64,000 nucleotides of DNA, taken from the NCBI GenBank assembly GCA_049520215.1, contig JBEKPZ010000013.1, positions 3,334-67,333 on the forward strand, written 5' to 3'. Below the pieces are notes generated by a model, which saw nothing but the letters and a program-made list of their open reading frames with translations, was not told the DNA's origin and did not search any database. A program made the translations under genes and the position numbers. Below, piece after piece: positions 8,664 to 18,840 of the stretch; the stretch's first letter is position 1, and each line of letters begins with the position of its first letter. The stretch comes from Bryobacteraceae bacterium (GTDB taxonomy: Bacteria; Acidobacteriota; Terriglobia; Bryobacterales; Bryobacteraceae).

Positions 8664-9770
8664 ATGCCCGCGTCCACCGATCGTCTCTCCGGCACGTTCT
8701 GGATGCTGTTCCTCTACGATGTGTGCGAGGCGATCCGGCTGGAGGAATTGCGCGCGATCCTGGGGGTGCAGCCGGCCGGACGCGAACCCAGTTTCCGGCG
8801 GCCGACACCGGAATACGTGCGGTTTGAGAAGCCGCCAGTGGTGGAGTACCTGGAACCATTGCGGCTCGAAAGCGGCGAGCGGCTGCAAGCCCAGATGCAC
8901 TACTACGAATATGGCGTGGTGTCGATCGAACTGCAGTTGCCCTTCGAGTTCGACTGGCGGGAGTTGATGCGCCTGTCGAGCCGATCGATCGCGGCGCCGG
9001 AGATCGAGAAGCAGGCGGCCGACAGTGTCCGGCGCAGCCTGGCGCGCGCCCGCCCGGCGTTGGTGAAACCGTACACCGACTGGCTGACGGAAGACTACTA
9101 CATCATCCAGCTCCGCCCGATGACGAAGGACGACGGCAGCCCGGTGACGGCGGCGGAATTGATCGCGGAGCGCGGCGAAGAGATCGCGCAAGTGGTACGC
9201 GGAGAAGAGAAGCGGCTGGCCGACGACGAGCGGACCGAGATCCTGCAAACGCGCCGGTCCTATTATCCGGACGACCTGGTGGTGATCGGCTGGACCGCCG
9301 CGCTGGTCTATGACACGCCGGAAGGGGCGCTGCCGGTGATGCAACTGCTGGAGTATGCCAATTCGCAATTGATCGAGTTCCGTTATTACGACGAAATGCT
9401 GACGCGGCTGCTCGCCGGTGTGTACCGGTCGCTCGAAAAGGGAACGGGCGTGCTGGCGCGCTGGCGTCTGGCGCGGGAGGCGGGGCGACTTAACACCATC
9501 CGGCTGGATGTGCGCGAGCTGACGGAACGCATGGACAATTCCATCAAATTCCTGAGCGATATGTATTCCGCGCGCGTCTACCGGCTGGCCGCGGGGAAGG
9601 TGGGCGTGACGGACTACCGCCGGTTGGTGGACGAGAAACTGCACACGGCCGGCGATCTATACCAATTCATGATGGACCAGTTTCAGCAGGGCCGCGCGTT
9701 CGTCTTGGAGCTGATGGTGGTGGTGATTCTGGTGATCGAGCTGGTGTTCTTGTTCGAGGGGAAGATGTGA
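8664..9770 (+). CDS. DUF155/RMD1-like protein with C-terminal TM helix
   Basis: 368-aa ORF. The C-terminal FVLELMVVVILVIELVFLF helix follows coiled regions, and the overall layout resembles the DUF155 (YagE/RMD1) family from memory. The family assignment is tentative. Confidence 0.6.
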   Translation: MPASTDRLSGTFWMLFLYDVCEAIRLEELRAILGVQPAGREPSFRRPTPEYVRFEKPPVVEYLEPLRLESGERLQAQMHYYEYGVVSIELQLPFEFDWRELMRLSSRSIAAPEIEKQAADSVRRSLARARPALVKPYTDWLTEDYYIIQLRPMTKDDGSPVTAAELIAERGEEIAQVVRGEEKRLADDERTEILQTRRSYYPDDLVVIGWTAALVYDTPEGALPVMQLLEYANSQLIEFRYYDEMLTRLLAGVYRSLEKGTGVLARWRLAREAGRLNTIRLDVRELTERMDNSIKFLSDMYSARVYRLAAGKVGVTDYRRLVDEKLHTAGDLYQFMMDQFQQGRAFVLELMVVVILVIELVFLFEGKM

Positions 9771-9774
9771 GGAT

Positions 9775-9870
9775 TGTGGGGCAGGTTGGTAACGTTGGTA
9801 ACCTGCAGGCCGATTGTTAATCGGCCTTTGGCGGGGCTGAAGCCCCGCGCGGGATAAATCCCGCCCTCCA
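9775..9870. repeat. Mosaic multi-hairpin element (GTTGGTAAC variant)
   Basis: TGTGGGGCAGGTTGGTAACgTTGGTAACCTGCAGGCCGATTGTTAATCGGCC, then GCGGGGCTgaAGCCCCGC and GCGGGATaaATCCCGC. The terminus is degenerated to CCGCCCTCCA. It fills the whole gap between convergent genes. Confidence 0.8.
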
Positions 9871-9871
9871 A

Positions 9872-11359
9872 TTAGCCGCTCAACGCCTCGCCTTTGCGCT
9901 CGATGGCTTTGGGCCCCGATAGCGGGACGAAGAAATCCTGCCAGACCAGATTGCACTCCTCGACCATCCGCAACCCATATTCGCACCGTCCCAGATCGCC
10001 GGGGCCGGAATTATTGGACCCGAAAGTGAACTTCGCACCGGCGGCTTTCGCCATGCGGATGAACGAAGGGCTGGGCAGCTTGTACCGATTGTTGATCTCG
10101 ATGGCCACACTATTGCGGACCGCGGCTTCAATCACTCGCTTGCGGCGTGGTTCGCTCCAGAGACGCTCGTAGTCCGGGGCGAGCGAATCCGGCAGGAACG
10201 TGGGGTTGGCATGGATATCGACCGGTTCGTGGTCCAGGATGCCGACGGTCCGGTCGACCAGTGTGTCCATAAACTCCCGCGGGTCCGCGATGGTTCCCAC
10301 TTCGTCCGGCAGCCAGAGCCGCATGCGCTTACCGCGGTTGTCGGTCCAGGTCATGGCGTCGGTAAAGATGTAGTCGAAGCGCGCGGCCACGGCACGCGAG
10401 AACATCCCGGTCCACTCGCGCCCTTCCGCCTGCATGGCGATGAAACAGGGCTGGCCTTGGAGGCTCTCCAGGTAGGCGATGGCGTCCTGGTCGTTTTGGA
10501 CCGGATTCCCTTTGCCACAGTTGGCCGCGATGCCGTACTCAATGCCATCGCGCCGCGACTTCGCCAGCACCTGTTCGAGTGTCAGCCCGCCTTTCAGATG
10601 GACGTGAAAATCGGCCATGGGAATGTTGCGCCGGCCCATGTTGATAATCTGTTTGAAGACTTCGTCCGGCGCTGGTGCGGGGCCGCCCGGCGTGGGCGTG
10701 TCGTCCGGTAACGGCCGCACCCGAACGCTGCGGAATCGCGCCTTGGAGCCGTCATTGTGACACTGCAGCGCGAACGTGCCGCGATCCAGGAAACGGCCTG
10801 TTTCCGGTCCGTCCGGAATCACCGGCGGCACAGGCTCCGTGTAATCCACCACCAGCATGCCGTTCAACCGGATCTGCACATTCTTGCCGCGCACCGCCGC
10901 GTGGATCTTGAACCACTGGTCGTCAGGCACAAATTGCTTGTACACGTTCCGCAGTCCGTAGAGCGACCCTGTCTTCTTGCGCTCGCGGTAACCGCCTTCG
11001 CCTGTGGCTGTGTTATCGATCTGGATTTCGAAGCCTTTGCGCGGGAAATCGCGCTCCTGATACGCGGTATGGAAGTAGACTCCCGAGTTGCACGCCGGAC
11101 GCGCCAGCACTTCCACTTCAAGCTCGAAGTTGCGGAAATCCGCGCCGTTGACCGGCCCCGTATAGAACAGGTGCGACCTGGGACCGTCGGCCGCGAGTTG
11201 GCCCTCCACCACTTTCCAGGAGTTCTTGTTTTCGCTGGGCCGCCAACCTTCCAGGCTGCGTCCATCGAAGAGATCCACCCAGGCGTCGTCCGCCGCGGGG
11301 AGCCCTAATGCGGTCATTGTTCCCACAAACGCACGGCGTGTGATTTCGGACTTTGTCAT
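9872..11359 (-). CDS. Tat-signal protein with DUF1080 (3-keto-disaccharide hydrolase-like) domain fused to a PHP/metal-dependent phosphoesterase-like domain
   Basis: Start chosen at MTKSEITRRAFVG (twin-arginine-like). LFDGRSLEGWR...WKVVEGQL...FRNFELEVEV...SGVYFH...ALQCH is the DUF1080 pattern. The C-terminal half has ADFHVHLKGG and AIEINN motifs. Confidence 0.8.
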   Translation of the reverse strand: MTKSEITRRAFVGTMTALGLPAADDAWVDLFDGRSLEGWRPSENKNSWKVVEGQLAADGPRSHLFYTGPVNGADFRNFELEVEVLARPACNSGVYFHTAYQERDFPRKGFEIQIDNTATGEGGYRERKKTGSLYGLRNVYKQFVPDDQWFKIHAAVRGKNVQIRLNGMLVVDYTEPVPPVIPDGPETGRFLDRGTFALQCHNDGSKARFRSVRVRPLPDDTPTPGGPAPAPDEVFKQIINMGRRNIPMADFHVHLKGGLTLEQVLAKSRRDGIEYGIAANCGKGNPVQNDQDAIAYLESLQGQPCFIAMQAEGREWTGMFSRAVAARFDYIFTDAMTWTDNRGKRMRLWLPDEVGTIADPREFMDTLVDRTVGILDHEPVDIHANPTFLPDSLAPDYERLWSEPRRKRVIEAAVRNSVAIEINNRYKLPSPSFIRMAKAAGAKFTFGSNNSGPGDLGRCEYGLRMVEECNLVWQDFFVPLSGPKAIERKGEALSG

Positions 11360-11385
11360 CGGGTTGAGTATAGCGCGAAGCAAGA

Positions 11386-11438
11386 GGCCGATTGCCAATC
11401 GGCCCGCAGGTTGCCAACCGTTGCCAACCTGCCCTACA
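11386..11438. repeat. Truncated mosaic element, inverted orientation
   Basis: GGCCGATTGCCAATCGGCC then CGCAGGTTGCCAACcGTTGCCAACCTGCCCTACA. This is the reverse complement of the 2011 and 9775 element core. Confidence 0.75.
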
Positions 11439-11462
11439 GCGAGTTGTTATACTGCTCGCGTG

Positions 11463-14400
11463 ATGACATTACGCGCCGCTCTTCTCGCCTGTCTTTTGAT
11501 CGCGCTCCCGCCGCTGCCGGCGCAGGAGACTGACACCTTCGCCGGGCTGAAACTCCGGTCGATCGGCCCCGCCGTGACTTCCGGCCGCGTGGGATCGTTC
11601 GCCGTCCACCCCAAAGACAAAAGCACCTACTACGTCGGGTCGGCCTCCGGCGGCGTGTGGAAGACGGTCAACGCCGGCACCTCATTCACGCCCGTGTTCG
11701 ATGGCGAAGGATCATACTCGATCGGCACCGTGGTGGTGGACGCGAAGAATCCCAACGTGGTCTGGGTCGGCACCGGCGAGAACAACAGCCAGCGCAGCGT
11801 GTCCTACGGCGATGGCGTGTACCGTTCCGACGACGGCGGCAAATCGTGGAAGAACATGGGGCTGAAGAAGTCCGAGCACATCGCGCGCATCGCCATCGAT
11901 CCGCGGGATTCCAACACCGTCTACGTCGCCGCGCAAGGGCCACTGTGGGGGCCGGGCGGCGACCGTGGATTGTATAAGACCACCGATGGCGGCAAGACCT
12001 GGAAAGCCGTGCTGACCATCAGCGAGAACACCGGCGTAACCGATGTGGTGATGGACCCGCGCAATCCCGACGTCCTGCTGGCGGCCGCGTACCAGCGCCG
12101 CCGGCATGTGTGGACGCTGATCAACGGCGGTCCGGAGAGCGCCATCTACAAATCCACCGACGCGGGGGCCACCTGGAACAAGGTCAAATCCGGCCTGCCC
12201 AGCGAAGATTTGGGGCGCATTGGCCTGGCGATGTCGCCGGCCAATCCCGATGTGATCTACGCCAGCGTCGAATCCATCGACAAGAAGGGCGGCATCTTCC
12301 GCTCCACCGATTTCGGCGCCACCTGGGAGCGGCGCAGCGAACACGACGACCAGGGACAGTATTACGCGCACATCGTGGCCGACCCCAAGAACGTCGACCG
12401 CATCTACGTCATGTGGGTGTTTCTGCAGGTCTCCGACGATGGCGGCAAGACGCTGCACAATCTGGGCGAGCGCTTCAAGCACGTGGACAATCACGAAATC
12501 TGGATCGATCCGGACAATACCAGCCACTACCTGGTGGGTTGCGATGGCGGCGTGTACGAGAGTTTCGATCGCGCCGCCACGTGGGCTTTCAAGGCCAACC
12601 TGCCGGTGACGCAGTTCTACGATATCGCGGTGGACGACGCGGCGCCCTTCTATCATGTCTACGGCGGCACGCAGGACAACTTCTCGCTGGGCGGACCGGC
12701 GCGCACGCGCAGCGTCCACGGCATCACCAATGGCGACTGGTACGTGACGGCGGGCGGCGACGGCTTCCATTCGCGCGTGGATCCACAGGACCCCGACACC
12801 GTCTATTCGGAATCGCAGCACGGGGGCCTGGTGCGCTACGACCGGCGCACCGGGCAATCGGTGGGCATCCAGCCGCAGCCCGGCTTGGGCGAACCGCCCC
12901 TGCGCTGGAATTGGGATTCGCCGTTGACCATCAGCCCGCACTCCCACACGCGCGTGTACTTCGCCGCCAACAAACTGTTCCGCAGCGACGACCGCGGCGA
13001 TTCGTGGAAGGCCGTGAGCGGCGACCTGACCCGCCAGATCGACCGCAATACGCTGCCGGTGATGGGCAAAGTGTGGAATCCGGATGCCGTGGCGAAGAAC
13101 GTTTCGACTTCGTTTTACGGCAACATCGTGGCCCTTTCGGAATCGCCCAAGAAGGAAGGGCTGATCTATGTGGGCACCGATGACGGACTTATTCAGGTGA
13201 CTGAAAACGGCGGCGCGGAGTGGCGCAAGATCGACAAGTTTCCGGGCGTGCCCGACGGGACCTACGTGAGCCGCATCTTGGCTTCGCAGCACGAGGCGGG
13301 CACGGCGTACGCCTCGTTCGACCATCACAAGGCATCGGACTTCGCGCCCTATTTGCTGAAGACCACCGACGCCGGGCGCACCTGGATCGCGATTCAAAGC
13401 GACTTGCCGGCCAACGGCCCCGTGCTGGCGATCGCGGAGGATCACGTGAATCCGCGGCTGCTGTTCGCGGGCACCGAGTTCGGGCTGTTCTTTACCAGCG
13501 ACGGCGGCAAGAAGTGGATTCAACTGAAGGGCGGCATGCCGACCATCGCGGTGCGCGACCTCGCCATCCAGAAGCGCATGAACGACCTGGTGGTGGGCAC
13601 TTTCGGCCGCGGCATCTACGTGCTCGACGACTATACGCCGCTGCGCGATCTGAAGCCGGAAACGCTGACGCAAGATGTCGCGCTGTTCGCGGTCGAGGAT
13701 GCGTTGATGTACATCGAGACGCGGCAGTTCGGCCTGCGCGGCAGGGCGTTCCTGGGCGAGTCTTTCTTCGCGGCGGACAACCCGCCATACGGCGCGCAGT
13801 TCACCTACTACCTGAAGGACGAAATCAAGACGAAAAAGCAGCAGCGGCGCGACGCCGAAAAGGAGGCGGAAAAGAAGAAGGCCGCGATCATTTATCCGAG
13901 CGCTGCGGAGCTGCGGGCGGAAGGCGAGGAGGAAGCTCCGGCGTTGCTGTTGACCATCGCCGATGCGTCCGGGCGTGCGATTCGCACGCTGACCGGTCCG
14001 GCGACCAAGGGCATCCATCGCGTGAGCTGGAACCTGCGCGAGCCTGCCGCGGAGTTGCCCGGACCGCGGCCTGCCGACGTGGACGACGATCTGTTTTACG
14101 AAGAGCCGTCGGGCACGCTGGTCACGCCGGGACGTTACAGCGTGTCGCTTTCGAAAAGGGTGGACGGCGTGGTGACGCTGCTGGTTTCCGCGCGGGAATT
14201 CACGGTGGAGGCCGAGAAAGGGGAGGCCACCGAGGAAGCCGCCCGCAAAGAGCTGTTCGAATTCCAGCAAAAAGTCGCCAAGCTGGAGCGCGCGGTCCTG
14301 AGCACGCTCGATAGCGCCAACGAGTTGAACACGCGCATCGGCAAGATCAAAGAAGCCATTGACGCCACGCCTGCGATGGATCGGAAATGGGCGGACGCGG

Positions 14401-14708
14401 CGCGATCCCTGGAAAAGAAGAACAGCGAGATTCTGCGCGCGCTGCGCGGCGATGTGACCCTGGCGCGGCGCAACGAGAATGTGCCCGTGGCTATCGTGGA
14501 GCGGGTCGAGACCATCGTCAACAACGAGGGAGCCTCGCTGCAGCGTCCGCCGGGCACCGACGTGCAAGCGTTTGCCATCGCCAGCCAGGAGTTCGCCGCC
14601 GAGCGGGAGAAGCTACGCGCGCTGGTGGACGTGGACCTGAAGGCGCTCGAACAGGCGTTGGATGCGGCTGGCGCGCCGTGGACACCGGGCCGCTTGCCGG
14701 TGCGGTAG
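11463..14708 (+). CDS. BNR/Asp-box repeat protein (sortilin/VPS10-like glycosyl hydrolase-like)
   Basis: Start at MTLRAALLACLLIALPPLPAQ (signal peptide). At least nine SxDxGxTW-type boxes (SDDGGKSW, TTDGGKTW, STDAGATW, STDFGATW, SDDGGKTL, SDDRGDSW, TENGGAEW, TTDAGRTW, TSDGGKKW). Confidence 0.85.
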   Translation: MTLRAALLACLLIALPPLPAQETDTFAGLKLRSIGPAVTSGRVGSFAVHPKDKSTYYVGSASGGVWKTVNAGTSFTPVFDGEGSYSIGTVVVDAKNPNVVWVGTGENNSQRSVSYGDGVYRSDDGGKSWKNMGLKKSEHIARIAIDPRDSNTVYVAAQGPLWGPGGDRGLYKTTDGGKTWKAVLTISENTGVTDVVMDPRNPDVLLAAAYQRRRHVWTLINGGPESAIYKSTDAGATWNKVKSGLPSEDLGRIGLAMSPANPDVIYASVESIDKKGGIFRSTDFGATWERRSEHDDQGQYYAHIVADPKNVDRIYVMWVFLQVSDDGGKTLHNLGERFKHVDNHEIWIDPDNTSHYLVGCDGGVYESFDRAATWAFKANLPVTQFYDIAVDDAAPFYHVYGGTQDNFSLGGPARTRSVHGITNGDWYVTAGGDGFHSRVDPQDPDTVYSESQHGGLVRYDRRTGQSVGIQPQPGLGEPPLRWNWDSPLTISPHSHTRVYFAANKLFRSDDRGDSWKAVSGDLTRQIDRNTLPVMGKVWNPDAVAKNVSTSFYGNIVALSESPKKEGLIYVGTDDGLIQVTENGGAEWRKIDKFPGVPDGTYVSRILASQHEAGTAYASFDHHKASDFAPYLLKTTDAGRTWIAIQSDLPANGPVLAIAEDHVNPRLLFAGTEFGLFFTSDGGKKWIQLKGGMPTIAVRDLAIQKRMNDLVVGTFGRGIYVLDDYTPLRDLKPETLTQDVALFAVEDALMYIETRQFGLRGRAFLGESFFAADNPPYGAQFTYYLKDEIKTKKQQRRDAEKEAEKKKAAIIYPSAAELRAEGEEEAPALLLTIADASGRAIRTLTGPATKGIHRVSWNLREPAAELPGPRPADVDDDLFYEEPSGTLVTPGRYSVSLSKRVDGVVTLLVSAREFTVEAEKGEATEEAARKELFEFQQKVAKLERAVLSTLDSANELNTRIGKIKEAIDATPAMDRKWADAARSLEKKNSEILRALRGDVTLARRNENVPVAIVERVETIVNNEGASLQRPPGTDVQAFAIASQEFAAEREKLRALVDVDLKALEQALDAAGAPWTPGRLPVR

Positions 14709-14717
14709 GATATTCTG

Positions 14718-15146
14718 ATGGCTATGACACGCCGCTCGGCGCTCTTGTTGGCGGCAGCGGCGCCGCAGTTACTCGGTCAAAAGGGGGAGAAGACCATGGG
14801 ACGACCAGTTGTTCATTTTGAGATCGGATGCCGCGACCGCGCCAAGACCGGCGACTTTTATTCGAAGCTGTTCGGCTGGCAGATCACGGCCGCCGGCCCT
14901 GCGTCGAACATTGAAACCGGGAGTCCGCAGGGCATCTCGGGCCACATCACCTCGCTGGGCCACGAGCCGGAGCATTACATCATGTTCTACGTGGACGTCG
15001 AGGACGTGCAGGCCGCGCTCGACAAGGCCGTCGAACTGGGCGGCAAGAAGGTGGTCGGGCCGATCGCGATTCCGACCGGTACGTTTGCCTGGTTCACGGA
15101 TCCGGACGGGAACACCATCGGACTACTGAAGACGGCGAAGACTTAG
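14718..15146 (+). CDS. VOC (glyoxalase/bleomycin-resistance) family protein
   Basis: VVHFEIGCRDRAKTGDFYSKLFGWQI ... FAWFTDPDGNTIGL is a typical VOC fold signature. The true start may be the internal MGRPVVHFEI at 14793. Confidence 0.8.
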   Translation: MAMTRRSALLLAAAAPQLLGQKGEKTMGRPVVHFEIGCRDRAKTGDFYSKLFGWQITAAGPASNIETGSPQGISGHITSLGHEPEHYIMFYVDVEDVQAALDKAVELGGKKVVGPIAIPTGTFAWFTDPDGNTIGLLKTAKT

Positions 15147-15187
15147 GGCGCGGTCAATCGGCACAATCGTTCGACGATGCCACCATC

Positions 15188-15487
15188 GTGCGGCACGGCG
15201 ATCGTGCCACTATTACCGCGTATACACCTCGTCCGCTGGATGCCGTCGCAACAGCGCTGGGTGTCGGTTACGAAGACCCGTTTTATATGTTCCGCGGCGA
15301 CATGATGGACATTTCGGCCGAAGTGCCGAGGCTCAAGCCCGGCACCCTTGTGCCCAAGAGGCAAAAGATCGAGGTCGATTTTCCGGTCGACGCAAATGGC
15401 TCGCCGCGCGATTTTCGCGATCTGCTGCAGCGCATCGCCGATCAGCCAAATGCCCAGTCGGGGTTCGCGTACCGGGTTGACAGTTGA
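15188..15487 (+). CDS. Hypothetical protein, possibly a gene fragment
   Basis: 99-aa GTG-start ORF with plausible codon usage and no recognisable motif. An adjacent frame continues after the stop, so it may be a decayed larger gene. Confidence 0.3.
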   Translation: MRHGDRATITAYTPRPLDAVATALGVGYEDPFYMFRGDMMDISAEVPRLKPGTLVPKRQKIEVDFPVDANGSPRDFRDLLQRIADQPNAQSGFAYRVDS

Positions 15488-15608
15488 AGCGGCTGGGTCT
15501 GGATCGCTGGCACATGCGTTGCGATATGGAGATGTGCCATATCGATCAGCGTTGACCATGAACATGCAGGCTTCCTGGGGGCTGGAGATCAGAGCCGCCT
15601 GCGCTTGT

Positions 15609-16238
15609 TCACTGCCGGCCCCGGCCGGGTAGGCGGGGCGCGATGGCGTAGTTCAGTTGCACCAGCACGATGAATCCGATGCTCACATAAGTGTTCACCA
15701 GGCAGAGCAGCGCGCCGAAGGCATAGAGCGCCTGCGCGATTACGATCCGGCGCTTGATGGCGGCGGCCACCGCGGTAGGGATGTCGTCCCGCACCAGGCC
15801 GAGACCCAGCGCGCACACCCAGGTGAAGTACAGCGTGCCGCCCAGCAGCAACAGATTCACCCAATAGACCAGCAGCGCGATGCGGTAGGCGATGAAGCTG
15901 GCCAGCAGCATAGTGGAGAACGGTGTCATGGAAACCGCGAACAGGAACAGAAGGTGCATCCAGGAAAGGCCGCGGTCCGAGCGGGTCAGGTGGTTCAGTT
16001 GGGTCTGCTGGCCGACCCAGAAAATGCCCAACGTCATAAAGGTCATGGCGCACATGGCGAGCCGTGGCGCGAGGGCGCCCAGCGCCAGCCACAGGTCCCG
16101 CTCGTTGTGGACCGCTTCCACGGCGGGAGCGCGCAGATCCAGCACCAGCAGCGTCATGGCCACCGCGAATACGCCGTCGCTGAGGGCAGCCAGGCGTTCC
16201 ACGCTTTGGCCGGCGATCCGATTATAGGAAGTGCTCAT
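15609..16238 (-). CDS. TMEM175/DUF1211 family potassium channel-like protein
   Basis: RLAALSDGVFAVAMTLLVLDL matches the hallmark FSDGVFAIAITLLVLE helix-1 motif. Six predicted TM segments. The start overlaps the upstream hydrolase stop (ATGA at 16235-16238). Confidence 0.8.
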   Translation of the reverse strand: MSTSYNRIAGQSVERLAALSDGVFAVAMTLLVLDLRAPAVEAVHNERDLWLALGALAPRLAMCAMTFMTLGIFWVGQQTQLNHLTRSDRGLSWMHLLFLFAVSMTPFSTMLLASFIAYRIALLVYWVNLLLLGGTLYFTWVCALGLGLVRDDIPTAVAAAIKRRIVIAQALYAFGALLCLVNTYVSIGFIVLVQLNYAIAPRLPGRGRQ

Positions 16239-17038
16239 ATCAGGTCAGCATAAAACGCCTGCAATCGCGCGCGGTAGAGCGGGCCAGCCACTTGGACGAT
16301 GTCGATGTGGGTGGCGCCCTCGACGGTCCAAAGCGATTTGGGCTGGTTGGCCGCGGCGAATAAGGCGCGCGCCATGGCATAAGGCGCAAAGGTATCGTGG
16401 TCGCCATGGATAATCAGCAGGGGCGCATGCACGCCGGCGATTTTGCGCAGCGAGTTGAAACCGCTGGCGAAGAACTGCCCTACTAATGGCACGATGGTGC
16501 CCGCCATGGCCGAGAAGGAAGTGAAGGCACACTCCAGAATCACGCCGGCACAGGGGCGGCGGCGAGCCAGGTCCACCGCCACCGCCGCGCCGAGCGATTC
16601 GCCGAGCACCACGATTTGCGCGGGTTGGTAGCCCATGCCGATGAGGTGGTCGTAGCCCGCATCGGCGTCGCGATAGAGGCCGCGTTCGGTGGGGCGGCCC
16701 TGACTCTTTCCGTAGCCGCGATAGTCCAGAATCAGAACCGAGGAACCCGCCGCGGCGATCTCGCGCAGGTGGCCGGGGCGATTCGCCAGGTTGGTGCCAT
16801 TGCCCTTTAGGTACATGGTGACCAGGCGGCTGTCTGGCGCTTCGACCGGTGGTTTTACAAGCCAGGCGTGCAGACGGACGCCGTCACTGGTGCGCAGCCA
16901 GACATCTAACGCGCCCAATTCCGCTTGCGTGTGCCACGGGCCGCCGGGATAACGGAGGGGCCGAAAGATCAGGCGGCTGACGACGAAATAGATCGCGCCG
17001 TAGATCAGGACGGCGAGGCCGACAAGGTACAGCGGCAT
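16235..17038 (-). CDS. Alpha/beta hydrolase (BEM46/ABHD13-like) with N-terminal TM anchor
   Basis: GESLGAAVAV nucleophile elbow, LIIHGDHD and GATH catalytic region. Start placed at MPLYLVGLAVLIYG because nt 17059-17101 is a mosaic-element hairpin, not coding. The ORF itself extends to 17110. Confidence 0.8.
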   Translation of the reverse strand: MPLYLVGLAVLIYGAIYFVVSRLIFRPLRYPGGPWHTQAELGALDVWLRTSDGVRLHAWLVKPPVEAPDSRLVTMYLKGNGTNLANRPGHLREIAAAGSSVLILDYRGYGKSQGRPTERGLYRDADAGYDHLIGMGYQPAQIVVLGESLGAAVAVDLARRRPCAGVILECAFTSFSAMAGTIVPLVGQFFASGFNSLRKIAGVHAPLLIIHGDHDTFAPYAMARALFAAANQPKSLWTVEGATHIDIVQVAGPLYRARLQAFYADLI

Positions 17039-17058
17039 TCTGCCAATATACACGGAAA

Positions 17059-17101
17059 GGGGCGGCCTGAGAGGCCGCCGCAGTCTGAGAGCCTGCCCCA
17101 C
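17059..17101. repeat. Mini mosaic element between permease stop and hydrolase start
   Basis: GGGGCGGCCtgagaGGCCGCCgcagtctgagagcCTGCCCCAC. It has family-type termini and one GGCGGCC hairpin. Confidence 0.55.
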
Positions 17102-18831
17102 TAGGCCCACAGGTTGAGGCTGCGCACCAGGGGCTCGGGCTGTTCGTCGAAGACCAGGGCCACATCGCGCCCGACCACGCGCCAGCGGTAGATGGCTAGA
17201 GCCACGTGGACCAGGATGACCACTGCCGCCAGCCAGGCAAAGCGAAGGGGGCGTTGCAGCATCCAGTATTCCAAAGTCAGGAATGCCGAAACATAAGTGG
17301 TGAAGCCAAAGAGATAGAGCGGCCAGGACACCTTCAGGTTGGCTTTGCCGGGAAGATAGGAGCAGGTGAAGGGGAACTTCTCAAAGCCGACTAACAGCAC
17401 TTCCACTAACAGCCAGGATACAACGACGCCGAACAACATGTGGAGCAGGGCGGTCCGCCAGCCCCAGAACAGTACGTGCAGCGGCAGCAGGAGGCCAAAT
17501 AGCGGAACGATGCCCAGAACGATCATGGCCTTTTTGACGCCGGCCAGACAGCGGCGGGCCTGGCCCCGGTCTGAGACCTGGAATACCCAGTTGGCGCGCA
17601 ATTCGGCGGGCACCGCAAAGACATGCCGCATGCCGCACAAGATGAAGAAGGCGAGGATCAACGGCGCGGGCAACAGTTCGGGGATGGGACGGTACATCCA
17701 GGAGTTGCCGCCGCGCGCCACCAGCACCGCCAGTCCTTCGAAGATCACGGCGCAGCCCACGGCCCCGTACGCCGCGAAGAGCAGTTTGTGACGGCGGCTG
17801 CGGGTGAGGGTTTTCCAGATGAAGTAGAAGGCAGCCTGTTCGAGCGAATCGCGGACGACAAAGCGGTCGAGCAGGCGGGCCACCATTCTCTCCAGGGCCG
17901 ATGGGACGGTGGAGAACTCATCCGCGCTTTCGAGCGAGCGGGTGACATGTCTCTTGTAACTCAGGAGGTAAGTGGCCAGCGCGCCGGCGGTGGCGAATCC
18001 CGCGGCCATGCGCGCCGACGCGGCCAGTTCCCGGAACACGGGATTCGTCCAGCCCAATTGCGCTTGATAAAGCCCCAGAAACCAGAGCGGCGGAAAGAAG
18101 TAGACGGCAGCGGGGTTGATGAGGGCGCGCGGTTGCAGCTCGGACACGATGCGCCCAGAGAGCAGAAACATCAGGATCAGCAGGGCCACCAGCGCGAACT
18201 GCACGTAAGGCGAGACGCGCCGGAAGACGCGGTATCCCAGGACGTTCATCAAGATCCCTTGCACGGCGACACAGAAGAAGAACACGAAGGTATTGGCAGC
18301 CAGAATGCTGACGATGTGACAGCGGGCAAAGGGGATCAGGTTCAACAACGATTCCTTTTGGAGGACTACGGCGGGAAACATCACGGGCGAGAAGGCGTTG
18401 ATGGCCACGGAGAAGACGGTCAGGAAGGCCAGCAAGGCCCCGATCTTCGCGCCGAACATGGTGCGCAGGCGGATGGGCAGCGGCGTCAGGTTGGCATAGT
18501 CGCGGCGGTCGGGAAAGAGCATCTCCCACTCGACGACGGTCACCAGACCCATCACGGTCATGGAAAAGCAGATGAAGAACTCCTTCTCGCCCAGGGAGGC
18601 GAGGTCGCGGACGTACATCGGCTGCATTTGCAGGTTGGTGTACTTCGACATGAACAGAAATGGCAGCAGCATGCCGGGCGCGGCCAGCATGGCGAGGATG
18701 TTGACCACGGTGGCGCGCATGTCCGCGGCGTCCGTATTGATCGCGATCAGGTCGTTGTCGAAGAAGCGGCTGAAGAAGTGCCGCAGCAGCTCGCGGAATT
18801 GAGCGATTTCGTTCTCCAGCGCGGGCGCCAT
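17101..18831 (-). CDS. Large polytopic membrane protein, putative permease partner of the adjacent ABC ATPase
   Basis: 576-aa ORF with more than 10 hydrophobic helices. It lies 10 nt downstream of the ABC ATPase gene. No specific motif recognised. Confidence 0.75.
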   Translation of the reverse strand: MAPALENEIAQFRELLRHFFSRFFDNDLIAINTDAADMRATVVNILAMLAAPGMLLPFLFMSKYTNLQMQPMYVRDLASLGEKEFFICFSMTVMGLVTVVEWEMLFPDRRDYANLTPLPIRLRTMFGAKIGALLAFLTVFSVAINAFSPVMFPAVVLQKESLLNLIPFARCHIVSILAANTFVFFFCVAVQGILMNVLGYRVFRRVSPYVQFALVALLILMFLLSGRIVSELQPRALINPAAVYFFPPLWFLGLYQAQLGWTNPVFRELAASARMAAGFATAGALATYLLSYKRHVTRSLESADEFSTVPSALERMVARLLDRFVVRDSLEQAAFYFIWKTLTRSRRHKLLFAAYGAVGCAVIFEGLAVLVARGGNSWMYRPIPELLPAPLILAFFILCGMRHVFAVPAELRANWVFQVSDRGQARRCLAGVKKAMIVLGIVPLFGLLLPLHVLFWGWRTALLHMLFGVVVSWLLVEVLLVGFEKFPFTCSYLPGKANLKVSWPLYLFGFTTYVSAFLTLEYWMLQRPLRFAWLAAVVILVHVALAIYRWRVVGRDVALVFDEQPEPLVRSLNLWA

Positions 18832-18840
18832 GGCGAGTCC

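Noticed and set aside
11712-14567. 951-aa minus-strand ORF antisense to the BNR/Asp-box gene
   Set aside because: Same reasoning. The plus strand carries nine Asp-box motifs and a signal peptide, while the antisense frame is low-complexity Arg/Gly/His.
15143-15565. 140-aa minus-strand ORF between the VOC gene and the TMEM175-like gene
   Set aside because: It competes with the plus-strand 99-aa ORF and neither has motifs. I kept only the plus-strand one, at low confidence, on codon appearance. The region may be a decayed gene.
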